In this document: piece by piece, positions 41,070 through 51,997 of the stretch
Numbering within the stretch: position 1 is the stretch's first letter
Layout of the letters: every line of letters starts with the position of its first letter
Source of the DNA: Octopus vulgaris
Taxonomy: Eukaryota
NCBI GenBank assembly: GCA_951406725.2
Contig: OX597814.1
Location: 51,026,001 to 51,090,000, forward strand
Direction: 5' to 3'
DNA length: 64,000 bases
Notes under the pieces: generated by a model
The model's input: the letters and a program-made list of their open reading frames with translations, nothing else
Databases searched by the model: none
What the model was told of the DNA's origin: nothing
Translations under genes and position numbers: made by a program

Positions 41070-43506
41070 ACTGAAAGTTTCAGAAAAGTCGACTGATGTT
41101 TCTTGTGATAGGAAATGTTACTGGCGATATGAGATTATAGTTCCTGCTGATGTACCACTCCTCAAATTCAATTACCTACAAGGACTATGTTAAATTTACT
41201 CTGCTTGTGATTTTGGCATTCAAATAAGAAGAATGATTACAAGATTTATAAAAGACTAGTTCACAAACTTTTCGGATCTGCTGTAAAAAGGTACTGTGTT
41301 CTAAACAGTATATTCAACAAAACATTGTTTCTTTTAGACAATGCACCTAGTGAATTTCAATTATTTTTCTGATCATATGAGTGTGGAATATATCCCTAAG
41401 AACAATACTTCTTTGCTCTCACCAATAGATCATAGGGCATTAGCTAAATTCAAAGGCTATATCTCAGAAGGCTTTTGGAACAATTCCTAAAAGCAATTGA
41501 TAGAGAAAGTAAACTAAGAAATAGTGACTTCTGGAAAAAGTTCAACATTATGGATGCAATAGCCATATCATGGGATGAAGTAAAATTCTCAGCTGTGATA
41601 GGTGCTTAGCAAAATATACAGCCAGACTGTTTCCAAGTCTTTATAGATTTTCCAGCAAAAGAATGTCTACATCATGGTAAGCAAGACACAGTGAACACTG
41701 GCAAATGATATAAGATTTGAAAAAGTCATAGATAACATAGTTGTGTTGTAGCATCCCAAAGAGAAAGTTTATTTAAGAGAACAAGAGAAAGCTGTAGTGC
41801 AAGAAGAGAATATCAAATATACTGACTCCACTTCAGTAAACTGCAAAGAGTTTGAGTTAATAGCTGGTACTTATAGAGGAAGCTGTATAAGTCTTTGCTG
41901 TTTATGATCCTAATCACAAAAGTAAGTTTGAGTTAATAGCTGGTACTTATAGAGGAAGCTGTATAAGTCTTTGCTGTTTATGATCCTAATCACAAAAGTA
42001 AGTTTGAGTTAATAGCTGGTACTTATAGAGGAAGCTGTATAAATCTTTGCTGTTTAAGATCCTAATCACAAAAGTAAGTTTGAGTTAATAGCTGGTACTT
42101 ATAGAGGAAGCTGTATAAATCTTTGCTGTTTATGATCCTAATCACAAAAGTAAGTTTGAGTTAATAGCTGGTACTTATAGAGGAAGCTGTATAAATATTT
42201 GCTGTTTATGATCCTAATCACAAAAGTAAGTTTGAGTTAATAGCTGGTACTTATAGAGGAAGCTGTATAAATCTTTGCTGTTTATGATCCTAATCACAAA
42301 AGTAAGTTTGAGTTAATAGCTGGTACTTATAGAGGAAGCTGTATAAATATTTGCTGTTTATGATCCTAATCACAAAAGTAAGTTTGAGTTAATAGCTGGT
42401 ACTTATAGAGGAAGCTGTATAAATCTTTGCTGTTTAAGATCCTAATCACAAAAGTAAGTTTGAGTTAATAGCTGGTACTTATAGAGGAAGCTGTATAAAT
42501 ATTTGCTGTTTATGATCCTAATCACAAAAGTAAGTTTGAGTTAATAGCTGGTACTTATAGAGGAAGCTGTATAAATCTTTGCTGTTTAAGATCCTAATCA
42601 CAAAAGTAAGTTTGAGTTAATAGCTGGTACTTATAGAGGAAGCTGTATAAATCTTTGCTGTTTAAGATCCTAATCACAAAAGTAAGTTTGAGTTAATAGC
42701 TGGTACTTATAGAGGAAGCTGTATAAATCTTTGCTGTTTATGATCCTAATCACAAAAGTAAGTTTGAGTTAATAGCTGGTACTTATAGAGGAAGCTGTAT
42801 AAATATTTGCTGTTTATGATCCTAATCACAAAAGTAAGTTTGAGTTAATAGCTGGTACTTATAGAGGAAGCTGTATAAATCTTTGCTGTTTAAGATCCTA
42901 ATCACAAAAGTAAGTTTGAGTTAATAGCTGGTACTTATAGAGGAAGCTGTATAAATCTTTGCTGTTTATGATCCTAATCACAAAAGTAAGTTTGAGTTAA
43001 TAGCTGGTACTTATAGAGGAAGCTGTATAAATCTTTGCTGTTTAAGATCCTAATCACAAAAGTAAGTTTGAGTTAATAGCTGGTACTTATAGAGGAAGCT
43101 GTATAAATCTTTGCTGTTTATGATCCTAATCACAAAAGTAAAATAAAATGTCGAAGAGGAGTTCCTTATGATCTCAGTTCCCATACTGAGCTATGCAAAG
43201 AGATGGTGTACTGTAAATTTCAAACAACTTTGGATACGTTCTTCACTCTTGCAGCAGATGTTAATGAAGAGGATCTACTTTGACATTGCAGTAAATGGAT
43301 TTCTTCTCTTATGTATTTCTCTTCAAATGCTTTTATCTATATATTATACAGTATGCTTTTAAAAATTATATATTTTCATGATATAAATGGTTGTATTACT
43401 GAGTCCACCACCACCATTACCTGAAAAATTCCATTAGAACAGATCTCGGTTTATAACAAGGAATTAATGTAATAATATGTTGTTCACTATTGGGAATTTC
43501 ACTGTA
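41070..43506 (+). mobile_element. Decayed Tigger/pogo DNA transposon, 5' part missing
   Basis: Frameshifted DDE remnants GNVTGD, WHSNKK, LFLLDNAPS, YIPKNNTSLLSPID...FKGY, FWKKFNIMDAI..SWDEVK. C-terminal PIP-box-like QTTLDTFF at 43221-43244. TIR-like end ...gggaatttcaCTG-TA at 43504-43506. Confidence 0.8.
41850..43141. repeat. Minisatellite, 17 copies of a 76-bp unit
   Basis: Unit GTTTGAGTTAATAGCTGGTACTTATAGAGGAAGCTGTATAAATCTTTGCTGTTTATGATCCTAATCACAAAAGTAA; only three variable positions. Confidence 0.97.
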
Positions 43507-44474
43507 CAGCTAGATTTTTAACAATGTGGAATTTCATAGAATGGAAGATGTCTACATTAATTTTGTTTAAGAATTTAGCTAACTGAAGTTGTGAATATGG
43601 TTTAATTTGTATATTTCATTTTCTCTACTAATCTCCTTGATAAAGGCATGAACATCGCAACAATCATTATATCTCATCACCGACTAATACCCTCAATCAA
43701 GGTAAATTAAGCAAAAAATGATGAGTACATAAGATAAATAACCATGCATTTAATCCTCAATGAATAATTGTAATTATGATCTAGAATTACCACATCTGTT
43801 TAAATCACTGATATAACAGCTAACACATCCAGTTTAAAAGTTTGTGTTTCATCAAAATGCTTAATGTCCTCTAAACTAATATGCTGTAGACAGATTTGTT
43901 GGGAAGGTACAGATCACTAATGTAAGCAGTACAAAAACACTATATGTCTAACAAATAGTTGTTTGTAATGAGCTACACAGCAACAAAAAGAATATCAAAA
44001 CTACCTGTTATTTTTAATATAATAAACATAAGCACAGGCATGGCTGTGTGGTAAGAATTTTGCTTCCCAACCACAAGGTTTTGGGTTCAGTCACACTGCA
44101 TGGTGCCTTGGGCAAGTGTCTTTTACTACAACCTCGGAACAACCAAAACCTTGTGGGCGGATTTGGTAGATGGAAACTGAAAGAAGTTTATCATATATGT
44201 GTGTGTTTTTGTGTACCCACCACTGCTTGATGACCAGTGTTAGTGTGTTTACATCCGAATCAGAGTTAAGCAAAGGAGACTGACAAAATAAGCACAGAGC
44301 TTAACAAAATAAATAAATACTGCTGTTGATTCGCTCACCTAAAACAAATTGTTCAATGGGGTGCCCCAGCATAACCGCAGTCTAATGACTGAAACAAGTT
44401 TAAGATAAAGACAAAAGATGGATGTGATTTTAATTTTCAAATCTTAGGACATATTCATAGCAAAGATATATTCT

Positions 44475-44785
44475 CTCTTTTACTTTTTTACTTGTTTCAG
44501 TCATTTGACTGTGGCCATGCTGGAGCACCGCCTTTAAAAATAAATGTGCCCTTTTAAAGCCTAGCCAGGCTCATGGGCCCGGTTTCCATAGTGTATGTGT
44601 TCCCCAGTTGGACAGGACGTCAGTCCATCACAGCGTTACTCATTTTTGCCAGCTGAGTGAACTGGAGCAACATGAAATGAAGTGTTTTGCTCAAGAACAC
44701 AACGCGTCGCCCGGTCCAGGAATCGAAACCACAATCTTACGATCATGATACTGACACCCTAACCACTAAGCCACGCACCTCCACA
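44475..44785 (-). mobile_element. tRNA-derived SINE
   Basis: A box gtggcttagtggtt, B box ggtttcgattcc, tgtgttcttgagcaaaacactt body, same gactgaaacaagtaaaa tail. Confidence 0.75.
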
Positions 44786-45062
44786 TTTATGACATGAAAC
44801 ACCAGATGAATACTTCACTCAGTCAGATACCACCAAAATATGGATGTTGGCTTCAGGCAGCTCATACAATAGCAATATGTGAAGAACCAGTAACCTATAC
44901 AGTGTGGAAGATATGTCTCTCAGTGCACTCTACCTCTTGGTAATGGTGGTGGATAAAAAGGATAAGTAAAATAATGACAAGGAGTAGTGTCAGAACAACA
45001 GTTTAAGTAAAGTGTATTTCAATATAGAAATAGATAACAACTAGATATTCTCAAAATGAAAG

Positions 45063-45068
45063 TTTATT
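45063..45068 (-). promoter_or_regulatory. Candidate poly(A) signal of the IRF-like gene
   Basis: First minus-strand AATAAA downstream of the stop at 45667. A variant ATTAAA lies at 45374-45379. Confidence 0.45.
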
Positions 45069-45093
45069 ACATCTAAAATTATTCTACAAAATT

Positions 45094-45317
45094 TACACTA
45101 TTTATATTTGATGGATATTTGTCCCCATCTTGTTTGTTGTTAACATAACGTTTCAGCTGATATACCCTCCAGCCTTCATCAGGTGTCTTGGGGAAATTTT
45201 CAACCTGGGTTCTCATTCCTAAGGTATTTTTTGATATCATCATTATTATTATTATTATTATTATTAAGGTCACTGCCTGAAATTGAACTCGGGGGTTAGT
45301 AAGCTGTGCTCTTAACC
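45094..45317 (-). mobile_element. Inverted second copy of the same element, head partly truncated
   Basis: Reverse complement of 45337-45558 with scattered substitutions and short indels; the ORF track shows near-identical spurious peptides on opposite strands. Confidence 0.75.
45142..45187 (-). ncRNA. Minimal type I hammerhead-ribozyme-like motif, sense to the IRF-like transcript
   Basis: Minus strand GACAC CTGATGA A GGCTGG-agggtata-TCAGCT GAAAC GTT ATGTT; C-A mismatch at the base of helix I. Confidence 0.55.
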
Positions 45318-45320
45318 CAC

Positions 45321-45590
45321 AGGCATATGGTGTAGTGGTTAAGAGCGCAGGCTACTAACCCCAAGATTCCGAGTTTAATTCCAGGCAGTGACCTTAATAA
45401 TAATAATAACAACAACATCAAAAAATACCTTAGGAATGAGAACCCAGGTTCGAAATTTCCCCAAGACACCTGATGAAGGCTGGAGGGTATATCAGCTGAA
45501 ACGTTGTATTAACAACAAACAAGATGAGGACAAATATCCGTCAAATATAAATAATGTACATAATTCCTCATCTCTTAAATATAGAACTGT
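45321..45590 (+). mobile_element. tRNA-headed SINE-like / Penelope-pLTR-like element carrying a hammerhead-like motif
   Basis: A box TGGTGTAGTGG (45328-45338), B-box-like GAGTTTAATTCC (45371-45382), (AAT)n spacer, then CTGATGA...GAAAC. Confidence 0.7.
45465..45510 (+). ncRNA. Minimal type I hammerhead-ribozyme-like motif
   Basis: GACAC CTGATGA A GGCTGG-agggtata-TCAGCT GAAAC GTT GTATT. Core boxes and helix II present, helix I has one mismatch, helix III is reduced to the palindrome AACGTT. Confidence 0.55.
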
Positions 45591-45666
45591 AAAAATCATT
45601 CTGTCCCAAAATGAAAATTCATTATATTCAAATAAAGTGAAAGAAAAACATTGAAAATGGATATTT

Positions 45667-45719
45667 TCAGTTATTCTTCAAAATTTCTTCCTCAGGTTTT
45701 AACATAGACAAAAATTCCT
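45667..45719 (-). CDS. IRF-like gene, probable terminal coding exon
   Basis: Strong acceptor ctttttgtattcttttacag, phase 1, EEFLSMLKPEEEILKNN then TGA. Chosen on splice signal and phase only, with no homology support. Confidence 0.65.
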
Positions 45720-45814
45720 CTGTAAAAGAATACAAAAAGTTATATAGATATAAAGTAAATATAAAAGAAGGTGAATTAATTTTCACAGAATTATTACAGT
45801 TAAAAGGTGAGTGT

Positions 45815-46210
45815 GTCATCATAATCATCATTTAGTATCCTTTGACCATGCTGGCATGGGTTGGACGGTTTGATCAGGGCTGGCAAGCTGGAAGGTTGCA
45901 CCAGACTCCAGTCTGATTTGGCATGGTTTCTATGACTGGATGCCCTTCCTAACACCAACCATTCCAAGAGTGTAATAGGTACTTTTATGTGCCACCAGCA
46001 CAGGTGCCATTTGTGTGACACCAGTATCTGCCATGACTGTGGATTTACTTGGCTTGATGGGTCTTCTTCTCAAGCACAACATAATGCCAAAGGTGTCAGT
46101 CATTGCCTTCGTGAGGCCCAACACTCAAAAGGAGCTTTTCACATGCCACTGGCATCAACCAACGCTCAAAAGATGCATTTTATATGCCAGTTACATAACA
46201 CCAGCATCAG
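45815..46210 (-). mobile_element. RTE LINE 3'-end copy in the last intron of the IRF-like gene
   Basis: catcatttagt...ccatgctggcatgggttggacgg...ctggatgcccttcctaac. Confidence 0.75.
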
Positions 46211-47779
46211 TCATGACTACAGTTTCCCTTGGCTCTGGGTAAATAAAATAAGTATCAATCAAGTGCTTAAGTTAAATTTAATCAACTGTGCATTAACAGT
46301 TTTAGTTATGTACCAATGTTAAAAATCATATATACTTGTTTCAGAGCAACAGAAATGAAAGGAAAACAGACTAAATAGTTTCTGGTAATCAGAAACATAA
46401 TTTTAAAATCTAAGTTCAAATTCTAATAGACTTCTTTTTACTTTCATAACAAGTACCTGTATTAAGTCATTTCAAACAACTATGTGAATCTACTAAAAAT
46501 TCATAAGCTTGTAATTCAATATTGCATAATATTCATAAGCATGTAACATGAATTTTGTCTTCTTCGAGCAACTGTTATTTCCTATTTGCTTACCCCTAGA
46601 AAGTATGAAAAATAGCTAATATTTCCTTCAAGCTTTGCTTTTGTTTATTCAAATCCCATAGAATCCCCCTCAACCCACGGCTATGATGCTGCCCCACTAC
46701 TCATCATCAGAGATGCAAATATTGTCAGCCACGAAGGGACATGGTCACGTGGTTAAGGTCAAACAACTGATAAGTAAATCTGTGGTATTGAGCAGAATAT
46801 TTGCTATAATGATATTTCTATTTCAGCAACTCAGCACTGAAATGTAATGGAAAATAGGTCAGTTTGAAAACATTGATGTCCAGGTCGCAAAAGCAAAGTT
46901 TGAAGGAAATAGTAACCATTTCCTTTGATTTCTAGAGAGAAGCAAATAGGAAATAACGTTTACCGATCAAAGACAAAAAAAAGAAATTAAAATTTTGCTA
47001 TGCAGTGTAATCAATATTGAATTATTTCTAAAAAAAATACAAGTTTAAACACAATGAAATGTACTTCTAGCATATAAATATTCTTGTACAATGTTTAAGA
47101 AAACCTATGATAAATCTAAACAGTTAAATTAGTTTTAAAGCCTTTAACTGTTAAACTTTTAAACACATTAATATATTTTTTTCTTACTCTCTTCATACAC
47201 AGAAAAATAAAGGGAAATTGCCCAAACATGTTTCACAGTTCATTGACCTCTCACCTGGGAAGAAGTACCTCCTCATTCCTCAGCTCATTAAAATAACTTA
47301 TAGCAAACTGCTCTTTATATCAAACACAAACTACACATTAGGTTAGACTAATTTGTATACTGTGCATTTTTCAGTGGTGTTTTAAATAACCAATAAATAG
47401 CTATGCACAATGCAATGTGTGTTAAAGAAATTTGAAGTAGTTAAATGATAGTTTTAAAGCTATCAACAGTGTGGAACTTTAAACAGATGTGACTACACTT
47501 AGTTTCTCTCTTTGTACACAAAAATATTTTATGGAGAATATACTTGGTATCAACAGGTCTTATCAAATATTAGATATTATGATGAGAGGGTTAGAGAAAT
47601 ACAGATGGTGTTAGGGGAAAATTGAATATGGACAGATCTTTTCATTGCAAAGTTGTATTGTTTTGTGAATAAGAAAAAAGGAAGCAAATAATAGAAAGAT
47701 CAGTAGGAGGGGCAACAAATAAACTCTCTGAAAATCCAGAATGGACAAAAGGCCTAGACAGTTATATTAAATATCCTAG

Positions 47780-48790
47780 TCTTTGCCATGCTTGTACAGG
47801 TGGCTGGGTTTTCTCCAGCATTATGTCACTCATTGTCAAAATCTCTTATCCTCTCTTTCAAGGCATTCAGCAACCTGGAACATGATGGAATCAGTTTCCA
47901 CCATTTCATCTTATGTCTTTCTGGGATTCCTTCTACTGCAGGCTCTCACCACTTCGAGCACTTAACTCTTTTTCTATGCAGCTGTTATTCTCTATATGCG
48001 TAACAGTCTTCTTTCTTGCACACTGCATTGGATTCTTCTTATATTCAGTTTTTCTCTCAGTTATTTGTGATCTATTGTTCATACACACTGAAATAACATA
48101 TCCAACAGAGCATATTCACCTAAGTTCTATCTTCACAAATCCTCTGCATTCAAAGCCAACATTGCTCTACCAAGCAGCATCACAGTTTGTACACAGACAT
48201 ATTTCATGTGTATTATTGCTATTAATGATTCCTGTGCACCTATCACAGCCTATATGTGACCTCACTACTATGCTCTCTTCTCTGACAATCTGCTTGTGAT
48301 CCTCCAGTGTGGATCTTAAGCATCCTTACTTTACACTGATTTCAATACATGGAATTTCTATCTTTGCCTTTTCCTCATATCAAGTATGACCATTTCCCTG
48401 TTGGTAGCAGGGTCTTGTCTGTTTTCCTATGTACTATAAAACTTTAGTTTTTGCTAAGTCTACTTTAAGATTTTTCAGTTCTAGGTTTTGCTTCTAGATC
48501 TGGAATTTTATCTGTAAATCTCTAAGATTTACCAATAAAACCAAATCATCAGCATATAAGAGTTCACAGGGACAACCAATCTTAAACTCTTCTGTTAGAG
48601 CCAGAGATTGAGTCCTAATGGACTTCTGCCTGCATGCAAAATCTGTCACTAAACTCTTAACTGAGTCTCACTTTGCTGAATGTGCATGAGTTGTATGGCC
48701 CTCGCAAGCCATTCATCTAGTTTTCTAAGCAACCATCATATTAGAAAGTAGCACCTTATTACATGCCTTTTCTATGTTAGCAAATGTTGA
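47780..48790 (-). mobile_element. Older decayed copy of the same RTE LINE
   Basis: Minus strand PCELLYADDLV near 48540-48572 and colinear similarity to 59250-59400. Confidence 0.75.
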
Positions 48791-48817
48791 AATGGTTTTG
48801 AAACATAATTATATTAC

Positions 48818-48899
48818 CTTTAATTTTAATAATTTCAGAACATTTTCTATCAACTGAGTCAGGTTCTGACATCTGTATTGAATTATGTGCCTTCAAATT
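48818..48899 (-). CDS. IRF-like gene, C-terminal regulatory exon (phase 0 to 1)
   Basis: ttttttatgcag acceptor, AAG/gtaata donor; NLKAHNSIQMSEPDSVDRKCSEIIKIK. Confidence 0.75.
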
Positions 48900-49378
48900 C
48901 TGCATAAAAAATAAAAGGAGGATATTGTGATTAAAAAATGGAAACAAAGAAAGCAATGAATTAACAGAAAAAGTTGTAATAAACTAAATACTTCTGACAG
49001 TTTAATATTGTTATTCTGTGTTCTATGATTAAATCCTGTGAAATTATTCCTTCACATTAAATAATTATTAATAATGTAATGTTGGTGAGTCAACTAGTCA
49101 ATTATGTATACTTCACTTTATCAAACAATGGTCATGTACATGATCAAAGAAGTTGATATTTAGTAATCAGTTAAATCCTATAAGCAAGGCACACTACTAC
49201 ATTTCTTTAAATGTGCCCAGACGAAAATAACATGACAATATGTAGGCAAATGCACAAATTTGAAAAAGCATAATAGTAAGCTGCACTTAAAGTGGTTTGT
49301 TTTTATTTATGAGTTGTTTTTTAACCCTTTTGTTGCCATATTACTATTGAAATATACTACATTTGTTTCAATTAGTTT

Positions 49379-49425
<47 letters not shown>

Positions 49426-49428
<3 letters not shown>

Positions 49429-49770
49429 TGTGGCATCTCAAAGCGACTACAGTACCAGTGATTGTAGGATCTCTAGGAATGATAAAAAAAGGTACTGAAA
49501 CTTATTTGAAAATGATTCCAGGCTTACCATCCCTACAGGAAGTGCAAAAAATCGTATTAACTGGAATGGCTCATGTACTGAGAAGAGCACTATCGCTGTG
49601 AAAATAACATCCATCCATGAATTTATTTATTTATTAATTTTTAAATACATATTTTATCTGTGAATTTGAGCATGTAATCTGGGAATGCATACAATGCCCT
49701 TCTCTGCCCTAGGTGTATGGAAAACACTCAGCGAGAAATGGAAGAAAATTTGAAGAAAGAAGGAAAAAAT
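49426..49770 (+). mobile_element. Dong/R4-like non-LTR retrotransposon 3' end inserted in (TAA)n
   Basis: KMWHLKATTVPVIVGSLGMIKK...LQEVQKIVLTGMAHVLRRAL, the C-terminus of a restriction-like endonuclease; flanked by (AAT)n on both sides. Confidence 0.75.
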
Positions 49771-49786
49771 AATAATAATAATAATG

Positions 49787-49799
<13 letters not shown>

Positions 49800-49835
<36 letters not shown>

Positions 49836-50188
49836 CATCATTGTGTATAGCGCTCAGGTGCACTACAACTGATCAAAGGTGCATGTATAGCACATAGAAT
49901 TATGTACAAAAGTTAGGAAAGTAAACAGTGTATGAGACATGATATACATGTGTGCATGCGTATGGATGGGGGATATCAGGTGTAGTGTTGGTGAATTTCA
50001 GGAAGCATGGGGGATTTTAAAGATACGATGTCTCAGCAACTGACAACTGATGCAGGTAGTTTGTTCCATGCTTCAGCAACTCTGAGTGTGAACAAAATGT
50101 TTCTGAAAGTCATTGGAGCTGTACTGTTTTCTGACTTTGTTGGCATGCCCACATGTGTTAGACACATGGAGCTCAAAAGGTGTTTAAA
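49800..50188 (-). mobile_element. Second CR1 3' fragment of the same family
   Basis: Colinear with about 11755-12100. Confidence 0.8.
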
Positions 50189-50545
50189 TTGATATTTAAT
50201 AATCAGTTGAATCCTGTAAGCAAGGCCTACCGCTATAGTTTGAAAATAATGAAGAATTTGGTAAAATAATGTTGTCGTTATTAAGCTGGTGTTTGGAATA
50301 TAAATTAAAACGACATTTTGATAGAGGGTTTTAAGTTAGATCTTTTTAAAACAGAATTAACATCGTAGAACCATGGGTGGTCTTAGGTGGGTTCATCAAA
50401 AGGGTTCAAGGTTTTGTGATATTTGCAGCCCTTCCAATAATTTTTTAAAGAGTCACAAAAGTGTCAAATGTACAACACAAGTCCAGAACGAATTTTTTTT
50501 AAATAACAAAATAACTTAGCTCCAGAAGGCAAAGAACACAGAACA

Positions 50546-50740
50546 TCTCTTATATAAAATCTGTTCTGTCTGTCTGTCTGTCTGTGTGTGTGTGACTTCT
50601 AGGATCTCGGGCATCCTCCACCCAATTGCGCTCAGATTTGATATGTAGATACCGACGGTATCAGGGCGTGAATAAGTTTTGAAAAAATTACAAAAATCGA
50701 TTCCAGGTGAGAATGTGATCGATAAAACCGTGGGAAATCG
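50546..50740 (+). mobile_element. Helitron-like 5' fragment with no recognisable 3' end
   Basis: A/TCTCTTATATAAAA followed by (CTGT)n/(GT)n, the same layout as the 51470 element. Confidence 0.5.
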
Positions 50741-51090
50741 TTTTTCTTTGGAATAGAATAAAAAATGCTATCTTTATTTCTTCTTTTGCTGGTGTCTCAG
50801 ATTTAAGTTAAATCAGTGTTTCTCAAAGGGGAGAACAGTCGGACAAGTTGTTTTCAGAAAATTTGATTTAAATGCTCGTTAAGACACAGTCAAACGCCAA
50901 CACCACCACTTCACCAATATTTTAGATTGACGTCAGAGTTCTGATGTAAGGGAGACAACTTATTTCCTGTGATATATTAAACACATGACTAAACTTCGAA
51001 AAACTGTTCCACATCTGTTTTTATCATGGTAACATCTGTAAAACGAAGAAATGATTATAACATTCTAAATTGAATGTATAAATGACTTAC

Positions 51091-51352
51091 ATATTTTTTA
51101 AGATATTCCTCTGCTAAATGACTTGTGACCGTAATAGATAATAATATACCATTCTCTGAATTTAAATCCGGGTAACATCGTTGACCAACTGACATGAAAA
51201 TATCGCACTGTGGAACAAACTTAGTTAATTCGTGTAATTTCCCATTTAAGAGTTCAGTGAAAATTCGGAAATCGAATATTTTCTCAGGTTTATTTCGTTC
51301 CAGATTCTTAGATTCTTGATTTTCCATTTGACTAATATAAAAAACACGACAC
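51091..51352 (-). CDS. IRF-like gene, association-domain exon (phase 2 to 0)
   Basis: tttgtag acceptor, gtaagt donor. Splicing creates ERSCQCRVFY (cf. IRF RLCQCRVFW), then NLERNKPEKIFDF...PQCDIFMSVGQ...LLSITVTSHLA. Confidence 0.85.
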
Positions 51353-51469
51353 CTACAAATATTAAAAAGAAGTTATATAAAATCAGTTTTAAAAAAGGGA
51401 CTGTGGGTGTGTATGTGCGTGTGCACAAGCGTGACTCTGTGTGTGTGTGTGTGAATACATCTATCTATA

Positions 51470-51997
51470 TCTATATATATAAAACTGTAGTTGTGTGTGT
51501 GTCTGTCTCCTACGATTTAGATTCCTAACTCCTCCCACATTTTGCGATGCAGTTTAACCAAATTCGGGTATCTTATAGTCGTGATTCATATCGAGCCCGT
51601 CTGGCTATTAGCGCGCGTCTACGATGAGTCTACGATTTTAAAAATAATTTAACATCATTTTTTATTCCATTTTAATGCATAATTTTTCGTGTGTCGATGG
51701 CGGCGGAGTTGGCGTCCACGGTCACACCTGCACCTGTTTGCTTCTTCCCCTTCTTCCCTCCCTCGTGAAGCTGTGGGGAAGGGAGTGTAAGGAAATCAAC
51801 GTCGTAAAGCGTTGTCAAGGAGACCAGCGTTCTTTAGAACAACGACTTCATGGCTTGAAGACACTGAGTCAACGATTTAAAAAAAAATTATCATCATTTT
51901 TTATTCCATTTTTAATGCATTTTTTTGCTATAACTCTAAAAATGCTTATATAGTTATTTCCCTTACAAACCCGAGCAACGCCGGGCGATACTGCTAG
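51470..51997 (+). mobile_element. Non-autonomous Helitron
   Basis: A/TCTATATATATAAAA 5' end; hairpin CCCG-AGCAACGC-CGGG (51970-51985) then CTAG/T 3' end; internal ~55-bp duplication. Confidence 0.8.

Noticed and set aside
41850-43141. CRISPR-like array
   Set aside because: Units are contiguous with no unique spacers, there are no cas genes, and the context is eukaryotic; it is a minisatellite.
45321-45392. Functional tRNA gene (also SINE heads near 39640-39714, 44715-44785, 56435-56480)
   Set aside because: No complete cloverleaf; each continues into repeat body sequence.
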